Source: an uncultured Gemmatimonadaceae bacterium
GTDB taxonomy: Bacteria; Gemmatimonadota; Gemmatimonadetes; Gemmatimonadales; Gemmatimonadaceae
Reading direction: 5' to 3'
Length of the DNA stretch: 64,000 nucleotides
Assembly: GCA_963822945.1 (NCBI GenBank)
Contig: CAWGJO010000020.1
Coordinates: forward strand, 352,001 to 416,000
This document shows positions 35,823 to 47,235 of this stretch, piece by piece; the stretch's first letter is position 1; each line of letters opens with the position of its first letter. The notes below the pieces were generated by a model that was given only the letters and a program-made list of their open reading frames with translations, ran no database searches and had not been told where the DNA came from. The translations under genes were made by a program, and so were the position numbers.

Positions 35823-36206
35823 GTGCAATCCATCTCCACACCCGACGCACCCCAACCCGCCGGGCACTACTCGCAGGCCGTCGTCCACGACGGCCTGGTC
35901 TATGTCGCCGGCCAGCTGCCCCTCGATCCCGCCACCGGCAACGTCGTCGCGCCCGGTGACGCCGGTGCCCAGACCGAACGGACCCTCCGCAACGTCGACG
36001 CCGTGCTCCACGCGGCCGGCAGCGGACTCGACCGCCTGCTGTCGGTAACGATCTTCGTTTCCGGCCGCGATCTCTGGGCGCCCGTGAACGCGGCGTACGC
36101 GCGGATGCTCGGCAGCCACCGTCCGGCGCGGGCCATCGTGCCGGTGGGAGAGCTCAAGCCCGGATGTCTGATCGAGATCCAGGCGATCGCGGCACAGAAA
36201 CGCTGA
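35823..36206 (+). CDS. ridA: RidA/YjgF/YER057c family enamine-imine deaminase
   Basis: APQPAGHYSQAV, YVAGQLP, RPARAIV (catalytic Arg), IEIQAIA. Confidence 0.93.
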   Translation: MQSISTPDAPQPAGHYSQAVVHDGLVYVAGQLPLDPATGNVVAPGDAGAQTERTLRNVDAVLHAAGSGLDRLLSVTIFVSGRDLWAPVNAAYARMLGSHRPARAIVPVGELKPGCLIEIQAIAAQKR

Positions 36207-36231
36207 TCGAGGAGGCAGAGGACGGTCGCGA

Positions 36232-36258
36232 TGCAGCCGCCATTGGCTGACGGCTGCA
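36232..36258 (+). terminator. Hairpin downstream of ridA
   Basis: TGCAGCCG…CGGCTGCA 8-bp stem, no U-tract. Confidence 0.35.
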
Positions 36259-36287
36259 AGGCGACGGCTCACAACCTTCGGTTCATC

Positions 36288-36322
36288 AAACGCAAAACGG
36301 CAGGCCGTGAGCGGCCTGCCGT
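36288..36322 (-). terminator. Rho-independent terminator of gltA
   Basis: ACGGCAGGCCG-tgag-CGGCCTGCCGT 11-bp stem followed on the - strand by TTTGCGTTTG. Confidence 0.85.
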
Positions 36323-36342
36323 CAGCGTTCAGCGCCAGCGAC

Positions 36343-37716
<1,374 letters not shown>

Positions 37717-37897
37717 GCTACGTTCTCCGAAGGTTGAATCAGGCTGGCCGAGTGCGTCCGGCCGCGTCCGTAACAATCTATGGAATGTACGCTCCGGGGG
37801 CATGCCCACGGCCGTCGGGTGATTAATGTGATTCCATCGCGACAAACCCTGACACCAGGTCCGCAGAAACACCGACACTGGCCCTCACCCCGCGCTT

Positions 37898-38749
37898 GTG
37901 ATCCCGCTCGCACCGCCGGCTGCCCCGTTCGCCCTCCCGCTCCCGCCCGCGTCCACGCTGGCCCTGGTCGTCATCGTCTCGGCATTCGGCGGCGGTGTGA
38001 ACTCGATTGCCGGCGGCGGCACCCTGCTCACCTTCCCGGCGCTGATCGCCCTCGGCGTGCCACCCATCGTGGCCAATGCCACCAGCACCGTGGCACTCTG
38101 GCCGGGCTCCGCGGCGAGCATCTGGGGCTATCGCGGAGAACTTTCGGGTGCCCGCCGCTGGGCGATCTGGTTCGCCCTGCCCAGCCTCCTCGGGGGCGCC
38201 GTGGGCGCCACGCTCCTCCTGCGCACCCCGGAAGCGCGATTCGCCGCCCTCGTGCCCTGGCTCGTGCTGGCGGCCACGGGAATGTTCATGCTGCAGGGGC
38301 CCCTGCTGCGCCGACTCCGCGCGCGAGCCAGCGCCCGGCGCGGCGCGGCGGCCGGCGACGTGGCGATCACCACGGGCCGGCCCGCCAACGGCGTCCTGCT
38401 GGCCCAGCTGGCCATCGGGGCGTACGGCGGGTACTTCGGCGCCGGGATCGGCATTCTGATGCTCGCGGCGCTCGGCTTCATGGGACTGGCCAACATCCAC
38501 CGCATGAACGGTCTGAAGGCCTGGGGCGGCCTCTGCATCAACGCCATGGCCGCCGGCATCTTCATCGTCGGCGGCCTGGTGAGCTGGCACATCGCGCTCG
38601 CCATGGCGGGGGGATCGATCGCGGGCGGGTACGGTGGAGCCCGTGTGGCGCAGCGCGTGCCGCAGGCGTGGGTGCGGTGGGCCGTGGTGGTCGTCGGACT
38701 GTCGAGCGGGGTCTGGCTCTACGTCGCCCACCGTCACGGCCTGCTCTGA
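37898..38749 (+). CDS. TauE/SafE (TSUP) family membrane transporter
   Basis: NSIAGGGTLLTFPAL, ANATST, YGGYFGAGIG, NGLK motifs. Confidence 0.9.
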   Translation: MIPLAPPAAPFALPLPPASTLALVVIVSAFGGGVNSIAGGGTLLTFPALIALGVPPIVANATSTVALWPGSAASIWGYRGELSGARRWAIWFALPSLLGGAVGATLLLRTPEARFAALVPWLVLAATGMFMLQGPLLRRLRARASARRGAAAGDVAITTGRPANGVLLAQLAIGAYGGYFGAGIGILMLAALGFMGLANIHRMNGLKAWGGLCINAMAAGIFIVGGLVSWHIALAMAGGSIAGGYGGARVAQRVPQAWVRWAVVVVGLSSGVWLYVAHRHGLL

Positions 38750-39232
38750 TCAGACCGGTTTCGGCGCCCCGAGCTTCCGCACGACCGCGAACTCGTCGGC
38801 CGTCACGGGCTGCACCGAAAGCCGGCTCCCCTTCTGCAGAAGCGCCATGCGCTCCAGAGACTTCACGCCCCGCAGTTCGGCCAGCGTCACCGGGTGCGTG
38901 AACCGCTCCACCGCCTGGAGGTCCACCATCAACCAGGTCGGGGCATCGGGTTTCGACTTGGGATCGTAGTGCGGATCCTTGCGGTCGAACGCGGTATGGT
39001 CGGGGTAGGCCTGGCGCACCACGCGGGCCACCCCCACCACCGCCATGGGGTCGGCGTTGCTGTGGTAGAACAACACGAGGTCGCCCTTCTTCATGCCGTC
39101 GCGCATGAAGTTGCGGGCCTGATAGTTCCGGACCCCGTCCCAGCAGGTGGTCTTCTTCGGGCTGGCCGTCAGGTCGTCGAACGAGAAGGCATTGGGCTCG
39201 CTCTTCACGAGCCAGAATCGGCGATCGGGCAT
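38750..39232 (-). CDS. EVE domain-containing protein (thymocyte nuclear protein 1-like)
   Basis: WLVKSEP, WDGVRNYQARN, FYHS, YPDHTAFD, SRLSVQPV. Confidence 0.95.
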   Translation of the reverse strand: MPDRRFWLVKSEPNAFSFDDLTASPKKTTCWDGVRNYQARNFMRDGMKKGDLVLFYHSNADPMAVVGVARVVRQAYPDHTAFDRKDPHYDPKSKPDAPTWLMVDLQAVERFTHPVTLAELRGVKSLERMALLQKGSRLSVQPVTADEFAVVRKLGAPKPV

Positions 39233-39317
39233 TCGCCGAATTTAACGTCTTCCCCCCGACCTTTGGGGCGGCGAATCCCCACTTTCCTCCGGTGCATCCC
39301 GGGGCCACGTTTCACGT

Positions 39318-40895
39318 ATGGCGACACTTTCGGGCCCGGGTGCGGGCGCCCCTCCCGCTCCGCATCCGGTCGAATCCCGCGACCCGGCCACAGGCGAGGT
39401 CTGGCGTCGGTACGAACCGTCGACGCCTTCCGACGTGGCCGCGGCGCTGTCGGCCGCCCGCCGCGCGCAGGCGGCGTGGCGGGCGGTCCCACTGCACGAC
39501 CGCGGCCAATATCTGGAGCGCTTCCGGCGCGCGCTCTATGCGCGCCGCGCCGAGGTGGCGGACGCGATCAGCCGCGAGTGCGGCAAGCCGCCCGTCGAAG
39601 CGTTGAGCGAGGTGCTCGTCACGCTCGACTTCGCACGCTTCTATCGCCGGCGCGACGTGCTCCGTGTGTTGCGCCCGAAACGGTTCACCGGCGCCACTCC
39701 CCCCATGTGGCGCAAGCGGGTGCGCATCACCGAGGAGCCGTTCGGCGTCGTCGGGGTCATCTCGCCGTGGAACTACCCGTTCATGCTGGCCGCGGCGATC
39801 ACGATGCCGGCGCTCGTCGCCGGCAATGCCGTGCTGCTCAAGCCGTCGGAGTTCACGACGCTGACCGGGCTCCTGTTGGTGGACTTGCTCCACGCGTCCG
39901 GCGTGCCCAGGGATCTGATCCGCGCCCTGCCCGGCGATCGCGTGGCCGGCGCGGCGCTCGTCGAACAGGGGTGCGACAAGATCTTCTTCACGGGGAGCGA
40001 GGCGACGGGGCGCAAGGTGGCCGCGGAGTGCGGCGCACGCCTCATTCCCTGCGTGCTCGAACTGGGCGGCAGCGACCCGGCCATCGTGCTCGACGATGCC
40101 GACCTGGCGCGCACGGCCGATGGCATCGCGTGGGGCCGCTTCTCCAACAGCGGGCAGACCTGCGTGGCGCCCAAGCGCGTGCTGGTGCACGAGGCCGTAT
40201 ACGACCGGTTCGCCGCGCTGCTGGCCGAGCGCGTCCGCGCCATCCAGGCCGGTACCGCCCGCGAGTCCAGTGAGATGGGGCCGCTGGTGCGCCCCGAACA
40301 GACGGCGCGGATCCGCGCCCAGTACGACGACGCGCTGGCGCACGGCGCCACGGTGGCGGCCACCGGTCCCGCCGGCAGCGACACGCTCTTCCCGCCGGTG
40401 CTGCTGGCCGACGTGAGCCCCGACATGCGCGTGCTGCGGGAGGAGACGTTCGGGCCGATTCTTCCGATGATCCGCGTGCGCGACGACGACGAGGCGGTGG
40501 CATACGCCAACGACTCGCCGTTCGGGCTGAGCGCCAGTGTGTGGAGCGGCAGCCGGTCGCGCGCCATGGCGGTGGCGGCGCGCCTCGAGGCGGGCAGTGT
40601 GGTGATCAACGACTCCGTGGTGGTGGCGGGCATGAGCAATGTCCCGCACGGCGGTGTGAAGGCCAGCGGCTCGGGGCGCGCCCACGGCGTGGCCGGCCTG
40701 CTCGAATGCGTGCGCACCAAGACGGTGGTCGACGAGCGCCTGCCGGGGCTCCGCCAGGCGTGGTGGTTTCCGTACCGGCCCGGCGGGCGCGACGCCTTCG
40801 ACGGCGTGATGGCCGCCCTGCATGGACGCGGACCGCTGGCGCGATTGCGCGGCCTCTGGCGCGCCCGCGGGCTGCTGCGCGGCCTCCGCCCTTGA
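39318..40895 (+). CDS. Aldehyde dehydrogenase family protein
   Basis: ISPWNYP, LKPSE, FTGS, LELGG, NSGQTCVA, EETFGP; C-terminal WWFPY extension. Confidence 0.94.
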   Translation: MATLSGPGAGAPPAPHPVESRDPATGEVWRRYEPSTPSDVAAALSAARRAQAAWRAVPLHDRGQYLERFRRALYARRAEVADAISRECGKPPVEALSEVLVTLDFARFYRRRDVLRVLRPKRFTGATPPMWRKRVRITEEPFGVVGVISPWNYPFMLAAAITMPALVAGNAVLLKPSEFTTLTGLLLVDLLHASGVPRDLIRALPGDRVAGAALVEQGCDKIFFTGSEATGRKVAAECGARLIPCVLELGGSDPAIVLDDADLARTADGIAWGRFSNSGQTCVAPKRVLVHEAVYDRFAALLAERVRAIQAGTARESSEMGPLVRPEQTARIRAQYDDALAHGATVAATGPAGSDTLFPPVLLADVSPDMRVLREETFGPILPMIRVRDDDEAVAYANDSPFGLSASVWSGSRSRAMAVAARLEAGSVVINDSVVVAGMSNVPHGGVKASGSGRAHGVAGLLECVRTKTVVDERLPGLRQAWWFPYRPGGRDAFDGVMAALHGRGPLARLRGLWRARGLLRGLRP

Positions 40896-40927
40896 AGCGG
40901 GGACGCCGACCTGTCGACCTTTCGCCC

Positions 40928-41512
40928 ATGAACGATTCCGGATTCTCGTTGGCGATCGTGATCCCCGCTCTCCGGGGCATCCTGCTCGGCGTCGGCGTCG
41001 TGGCCGCGTTGGCGGCGGCCCTCGCCTGGGCGGTACGCACGCGGCGCCTGGCGCCGTTCAGCTTCGGCGCGCGGATGGCCCGCCGGTGGATCGATCCCGT
41101 GCTGATGCCCGTGGAACGCGTGGTGATCCGCGCCGGCGGCAGCGCGGCGAGCGCCCCCTGGTGGGGGCTGGTGTTCGTGGCCGTGGCCGGCGCCCTCATC
41201 CTCACCGGCGTCCAGGCATTGGCGGGCCTCGTGTACCAGATGATGTGGGCCGCGCAGTCGCCGGCGCGCGTCCTGGTGCTCCTCCTGTCGTGGGCGTTCA
41301 CGATTCTGCGCCTCGCGCTCATCGTCCGCGTTCTGGCGTCGTGGCTGCCGATTCCGCCGTATTCGCGCTGGATTCGCTGGACGTATCCGCTCACCGAGTG
41401 GATGCTGCGTCCCCTGCGCTCGGTGATCCCGCCGCTGGGCATGATCGACGTCACGCCAGTGGTGGCCTACTTCGCGCTCTGGCTGGTGCAGAGCCTGCTG
41501 CGTATTCCCTGA
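40928..41512 (+). CDS. yggT: YggT family membrane protein
   Basis: LIVRVLASW…LTEWMLRPLRSVIPPLGMIDVTPVVA. Confidence 0.88.
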   Translation: MNDSGFSLAIVIPALRGILLGVGVVAALAAALAWAVRTRRLAPFSFGARMARRWIDPVLMPVERVVIRAGGSAASAPWWGLVFVAVAGALILTGVQALAGLVYQMMWAAQSPARVLVLLLSWAFTILRLALIVRVLASWLPIPPYSRWIRWTYPLTEWMLRPLRSVIPPLGMIDVTPVVAYFALWLVQSLLRIP

Positions 41513-41805
41513 TGCCGCTGGACGCGCGGCCGCGCGACGGAGGGGTTCGCGTGGCCGTGCACGTGCAGCCGCGCGCCGCGCGCACCGAGATCGCGGGGGT
41601 GCACGGCACGGCGCTCAAGGTGCGGCTCAACGCCCCGCCGGTGGACGGCGCCGCCAACGACGCCCTGGTCCGGTTCCTGGCCGAGCAGTTCGGGGTGCCG
41701 CGGCGCGCCGTGCGCGTGGTCGCCGGCCACGCGTCGCGCAGCAAGATCGTCGAACTGGACGGGGTGGACGCGAGCGCCGTCCAGCGCGCCGCGGGCGAGC
41801 GCTAG
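41512..41805 (+). CDS. yggU: DUF167/YggU family protein
   Basis: VHVQPRA, LKVRLNAPPVDGAAN, GHASRSK; TGATG coupling to yggT. Confidence 0.92.
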   Translation: MPLDARPRDGGVRVAVHVQPRAARTEIAGVHGTALKVRLNAPPVDGAANDALVRFLAEQFGVPRRAVRVVAGHASRSKIVELDGVDASAVQRAAGER

Positions 41806-43523
41806 CTCTTCGGGCCGGCGGCCATCGCCCGCTGCATGGCCTGCTCCAACTGCTCCATGGTGAACGGCTTGCCCAGGAACGGCGTCTGGTGATCGCGGAG
41901 TTCGCCCCGCGTGAACTCCTCGGCGTGCCCGGAGATGAAGAGGACGTGCACGTTGGGCCGCAGCGCCACGAATGCGTCGCGAAGTTCCAGCCCCGTCATG
42001 CCGGGCATCCGGATGTCGGTGATCAGCAGGTCGATGTGCTCGTTGAACATCCGGTTCAACTGCAGCGCCTGCTCCCCGGACGCCGCGTCGAGCACGGTGT
42101 GCCGTTGGCGTTCGAGCGTCCGGCGGATCATGTCGCGCACCGCCTCGTCGTCGTCCACGAGCATGATCGTGAGCCGGGGCGTGGGCGCCGCACGGGGCAC
42201 GTCGAGCGGGCGGGTGCCCGGTCGCGATTCCTTGCTGGGGCCACCGGGCACGAGCCGGAGCACCGGCGTGCCGGTGGGTTCCGACGGCTGGCGGGGCGTC
42301 GGCGACGGCGTGGCTCTGCCGGATGCCGGTGCCTCGTGCTCACCCGACGTCGCATCCGACGAGGCGCTCGCCAGCGCGGCCAGATCGGCTTCCGTGGCCT
42401 CGTACCGGGGCAGGTAGACCGAGAATGTGGTGCCTTTGTCGGACGTGCTGGTCGGCCACACGTAGCCGCCACTCTGCTTGACGATTCCGAATACCGTGGC
42501 GAGCCCGAGCCCCGTGCCGGCTTCCTTGGTCGTGTAGAACGGGTCGAATGCCCGGCTGAGCGTGAGCGGATTCATGCCCCCGCCGGTGTCGATCACGTCG
42601 AGCCGGACGTAGGGTCCCGGGCGCGGCGACACGCCCCACCGCGTGAACTCCTGCTCGAGGTCCACGGTGCTCGTCTTGAGGACGATCTTCCCCCGCTCGA
42701 CGATGGCGTCGCGGGCATTCATCACGAGGTTGAGCACCACCTGTTCGAGCTGCGTGGGGTCGACCATCACGAACCCGACGTCCTCGCCCGGCTCGAGGGT
42801 GAGTTCGATGTTGCTCGCCGCCAGTACGCGCAGCATGGTGTGCATCTGCTCGAGGCGCGCGTTCAGATCGACGATCTGCGGGCGCAACAATTGCCGCCGG
42901 CTGAACGCGAGCAGCTGGCCGGTGAGGCCTGCCGCGCGCTCGGCGGCCTTCACGATCTCGGTCACGCATTCTTCCGCCGCCTCGTTCTCCCCCACCGCTT
43001 CGAGCAGCAGGGACGAGAAGCCCTTGATCGCCGTGAGGAGGTTGTTGAAGTCGTGCGCCACACCGCCGGCCAGCAGCCCGACCGCCTCCATCTTCTGCGC
43101 GTTGCGCATGCGAATCTCGATCTGCCGGCGCTCGGTGACGTCCACGAACATCCCCATGACGCCCACCACGTCACCGTCGCGATCGCGGAGCGCGGCCGTA
43201 TGCACCAGTACGTTCACCCGCGAGCCGTCGCGCCGCACGCGCACCGCCTCGGTGCCGCGGGTCGGATTCCCCTCGGTGGCCTTTCGAATGAACTCGAACA
43301 TCTTGGGAATGGCGTCCGGCGGAACGTGCGGCGGGGTCTGCCCGACGACCTCCTCTTCCTTCCAGCCGAACAGCCGCTCCGCCTCGGGATTCCACATCAG
43401 CACCTTGCCGTCGAGATCGACGACGAGAATCGCGAGCGGCGACTGTTTGAGGAGTTCGCCGAACGGCTCGAGCGCCGGCGGCAACTTCCGTCCCGATCCG
43501 GGTGATTGTCGGCGATCAGCCAT
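41802..43523 (-). CDS. PAS-domain hybrid sensor histidine kinase/response regulator (CckA-like)
   Basis: PAS (WNPEAERLFGW); H-box LAGGVAHDFNN; NLVMNARDA, DTGGGM, GTGLGL; REC (LVDDD, LLITDIRMPG, KPF). Confidence 0.94.
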   Translation of the reverse strand: MADRRQSPGSGRKLPPALEPFGELLKQSPLAILVVDLDGKVLMWNPEAERLFGWKEEEVVGQTPPHVPPDAIPKMFEFIRKATEGNPTRGTEAVRVRRDGSRVNVLVHTAALRDRDGDVVGVMGMFVDVTERRQIEIRMRNAQKMEAVGLLAGGVAHDFNNLLTAIKGFSSLLLEAVGENEAAEECVTEIVKAAERAAGLTGQLLAFSRRQLLRPQIVDLNARLEQMHTMLRVLAASNIELTLEPGEDVGFVMVDPTQLEQVVLNLVMNARDAIVERGKIVLKTSTVDLEQEFTRWGVSPRPGPYVRLDVIDTGGGMNPLTLSRAFDPFYTTKEAGTGLGLATVFGIVKQSGGYVWPTSTSDKGTTFSVYLPRYEATEADLAALASASSDATSGEHEAPASGRATPSPTPRQPSEPTGTPVLRLVPGGPSKESRPGTRPLDVPRAAPTPRLTIMLVDDDEAVRDMIRRTLERQRHTVLDAASGEQALQLNRMFNEHIDLLITDIRMPGMTGLELRDAFVALRPNVHVLFISGHAEEFTRGELRDHQTPFLGKPFTMEQLEQAMQRAMAAGPKS

Positions 43524-43566
43524 GAAGCATCGGTGCCTGGTATGGGCGGAGACCCTGCCGGCTCGC

Positions 43567-43596
43567 TTGCTTCGCCGACCAGCGGTCCGTTAATAT
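43567..43596 (+). promoter_or_regulatory. Putative sigma70 promoter of metH-yitJ
   Basis: TTGCTT-N18-TAATAT ending ~15 nt upstream of the riboswitch. Confidence 0.55.
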
Positions 43597-43610
43597 GCTC
43601 ATCACATTCG

Positions 43611-43660
43611 TTCGTGGCGATTTCCGGCAAATTGCGGCCACGTTAAACAATCGCTAAAGC
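43611..43660 (+). ncRNA. SAM-II (SAM-alpha type) riboswitch aptamer
   Basis: CGTGGCGATTT-ccggcaaa-TTGCGGCCACG-TTAAACAATCGCTAAAG; P1 CGTGGC/GCCACG; recalled SAM-II elements GAUUU, UUGC, UAAA, GCUAAA in the right order; sits in the metH leader. Confidence 0.85.
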
Positions 43661-43700
43661 GCCCGGCTCGGCGCTCTTGGCTCCGGGCCTTTTTCGTTTT
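43656..43700 (+). terminator. Intrinsic terminator-like hairpin in the metH leader (riboswitch expression platform)
   Basis: GCCCGG…CCGGGC stem followed by CTTTTTCGTTTT, ending 11 nt before the metH ATG. Confidence 0.7.
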
Positions 43701-43711
43701 CCCAACGGCCG

Positions 43712-46700
43712 ATGTCCACTCCGCCCCGATCCCATCCGTATCTCCATGCCCTCACGACGCGGGTTCTCGTGTTCGACGGCGCCATGGGTACCAATATTCA
43801 GCGATATCATCCCTCGGCGGAAGACTTCGGCGGGAAGCAGCTGGAAGGGTGTAACGACCACCTGGTGCTCAGCCGTCCCGCCATGATTCGCGAGATCCAC
43901 GAATCGTTCCTCGCCGTCGGGTGCGACGTGGTGGAAACGTGCACCTTCCAGTCCACGCCCCACCGGCTCCGCGAATGGGGCATCGAGCCCCGGACGCACG
44001 AACTGAACGTCGCCGCGGCCCGCCTGGCCCGGGCGGCCTGCGATCGCTTCGCCACCCCCGCCCATCCGCGGTTCGTGGCCGGCTCCATCGGCCCCACCGG
44101 CATGCTGCCCTCCAGCAGCGACCCCGCACTCTCGAACATCACCTTCGCGCAACTCTCCGACACGTACTACGCACAGGCCCGCGCGCTCGTCGAGGGCGGC
44201 GTCGACCTGCTACTCATCGAGACCGCCCAGGACATCCTCGAGGTGAAGGCGGCGATCGGCGGCTTCGAACGGCTGTTCGCGGAGATCGGACGCCGGGTGC
44301 CGATCCAGGCGCAGGTGACGCTCGACGTGAGTGGACGAATGCTCCTCGGCACCGACGTGGCCAGCGCGCTCACCACGCTCGAAGCGCTCCGCGTGGACGT
44401 GATCGGCCTGAACTGCTCCACCGGCCCCGAGCACATGCGCGAGCCGATCCGGTATCTCACCGAGAACGCCTCGCGGCCCATCTCCTGCATTCCCAACGCC
44501 GGGCTGCCGATCAACACGGGCACCGGCGACGCGGTGTACCCGCTGGAACCGGAGCCGATGGCGCAGATGCTGGCCGAATTCGTGGCGGACTTCGGCGTCC
44601 GCGTGGTGGGCGGCTGCTGCGGCACGACGCCGGAACATCTGGAGGCCATCGTCGCCGCGTCCGGGAACAGGCCGGCGCCGACCGCCCGTGGGAGCCGCGC
44701 CCGGCCGCCCACGTGCCCCGCGTATCGTCGGCCATGCGGGCCACCACGCTCGAACAGCAGCCGCCGCCACTGCTCATCGGGGAGCGCGTCAACGCCCAGG
44801 GCTCCCGCAAGGTCAAGCGTCTGCTGCTGGCCGAGGACTACGAGGGAATCGTCGAGGTGGCCCGAGAGCAGCAGGAGGCGGGGGCCCACGTGCTCGACGT
44901 GTGCGTGGCCGTCACCGAGCGTGCCGACGAGGCCGAGCAGATGGCGACGCTCGTCAAGCTGTTGTCGATGAGCGTGGAACTGCCGCTGATGATCGATTCC
45001 ACCGAGCCGGCCGTGCTCGAAGCGGCGCTGGAACACGTGCCGGGCCGCGCGATCATCAACTCGATCAACATGGAGAACGGCCGCGCCCGGATCGATGCCG
45101 TGGTCCCGATCGCCAAGCGCCACGGCGCCGCGCTCGTCGCCCTCACCATCGACGAACAGGGCATGGCCAAGACCCGCGAGCGCAAGCTCGAGGTGGCCCG
45201 CAACATCTACGACCTCGTGGTCGGCGAGTACGAACTCGCCGCCGAGGACCTGATCTACGACGACCTCACGTTCACCCTGGCCACCGGCGACGCCGAATGG
45301 ATCGACTCGGCGAAGGAAACGATCGAGGGCATCCGCCTGATCAAGCGGGAGCTGCCGGGCGTCTTCACCTCGCTCGGCGTCTCGAACGTGAGCTTCGGGC
45401 TGTCGCCCGCGGCCCGCGCCGTGCTCAACTCGGTGTTCCTGCACCACTGCGTGGAAGCCGGCCTCGACATGGCCATCGTCAACCCGGCCCACATCGTGCC
45501 CTACGCGGAGATCTCGGAAGCGGAGCGCGCCCTGGCCGACGACCTCGTGTTCAATCGCCACCCGGACGCACTGCAACGGTTCATCGACCATTTCTCCGCC
45601 CGCGGCGCCGAACCCGTGGGCGCCGGCTCCACCGCCGACGATCCGACGGCGTCGATGACGCCGGAGGCGAAAGCCCACTGGATGGTCGTCCACCGCAAGA
45701 AGGACGGCATCGAGGAAGTGCTCGATGCCGCGGGCGTGCGGCAGAATCCGTGCGCGTGCTCAACGAAGTGCTGCTGCCGGCCATGAAGGAGGTGGGCGAC
45801 AAGTTCGGCGCCGGCGATCTGATCCTGCCCGTTCGTGCTGCAGTCGGCCGAGGTGATGAAGAAGGCGGTCCGCAACTCGGAGCAGTTTATCGAGAAGGCG
45901 GAGGGCTACACCAAGGGCCGCGTGGTGCTCGCCACCGTCTATGGCGACGTGCACGACATCGGCAAGATCGCTCGTCAACACGATTCTCTCCAACAACGGC
46001 TATACCGTGCTTCGACCTCGGCAAGCAGGTGCCGGTGAACACGATCATCGAGAAGGCGCAGGAGGTGAACGCCGACGCCATCGGGCTGTCGGCCCTGCTC
46101 GTCTCGACGTCCAAGCAGATGCCGCTGTGCGTGCAGGAACTCGACAAGCGCGGCCTGCGCATTCCCGTGCTCATCGGCGGCGCCGCGATCAACCGCCGGT
46201 TCGGGCGCCGCGCCATGTTCGTGGAGGGGGAGCGCGCCTACGAATCGGGCGTGTTCTACTGCAAGGATGCGTTCGAGGGGCTGGAGACGATGGACGCGCT
46301 CCAGGACCCCGATCGCCGGGCCGGCGTGACGGCAAAGCTGCTCGACGACGCGCGCCGGGACGTGTTCCTGCGTGCGCGGCGTGGGCAAGGATGTGCGCGC
46401 CGGCACCGACGACGAGCGCCGGAGCGGCGTGCGCGCCGACCATCCGGTGCCCACCGCACCCTTCTACGGAACGCGTACGCTGCGCGAGATCCCGCTCGAC
46501 GAGGTGTTCGAACTCCTCGACCTCGACGAACTGTATCGCCTGCAGTGGGGCGCCCGCGGATCGGGCGAGGCCTTCGATCGCATGGTGCGCGAGGAGTTCG
46601 AGCCGACGCTCGAACGCCTCGAAACCCGCGTTCGCCGCGAGGCGCTGCTCGTCCCCCAGGCGGTGTACGGCTACTTCCCCGCGCAGGCGAGCGGCAACGC

Positions 46701-47235
46701 CGTGGTCGTGTACGACCCGGCGGCTTATGCCAGCGACGGCACGGCCACCGAGATCGCGCGGTTCACCTTCCCGCGCCAGGACGGCCGCGAGCGGCTCTGC
46801 ATCGCCGACTACTTCCGCCCCGTCGAATCGGGCGAGATGGACGTCGTCGCGCTGCAGGTGGTCACCGTGGGCGACCACGCCACACGCGAGTTCGACCGCC
46901 TCCAGCAGGCAGGCGAGTATACCGAGGCGTACTACCTGCACGGGCTCGCCGTGGAGACCGCCGAAGCGACCGCCGAGTGGCTGCACCGCCGCACGCGCCA
47001 CGAACTCGGCATCCCCGGCGGGCGCGGCAAGCGCTATTCGTGGGGCTACGGTGCCTGCCCCGACCTCGAGGACCACGAGCTGGTCTTCCGGCTGCTGCCG
47101 GTGGAGCGAGAACTCGGCATGACGCTCACTGCGGCGCACCAACTGGTGCCCGAGCAGAGCACGGCCGCCATCATCGTGCACCACCCCGACGCCAAGTACT
47201 ACGCGGTCCGCGTCGCCGCCGGGGCCACCGCATGA
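43712..47235 (+). CDS. metH: Cobalamin-dependent methionine synthase; ~6 frameshifts (near 44690, 45750, 45828, 45970, 46010, 46370)
   Basis: DGAMGT, GLNC and GGCCG (Hcy/Zn); IGERVN, GVSNVSFG (pterin); GDVHDIGK, GLSALL, GGAA (B12); RYSWGYGACP, PEQST (reactivation domain). Confidence 0.95.

Noticed and set aside
38750..39232. EVE domain as part of a modification-dependent restriction or defence system
   Set aside because: Stand-alone EVE protein in a housekeeping context with no nuclease or toxin neighbour
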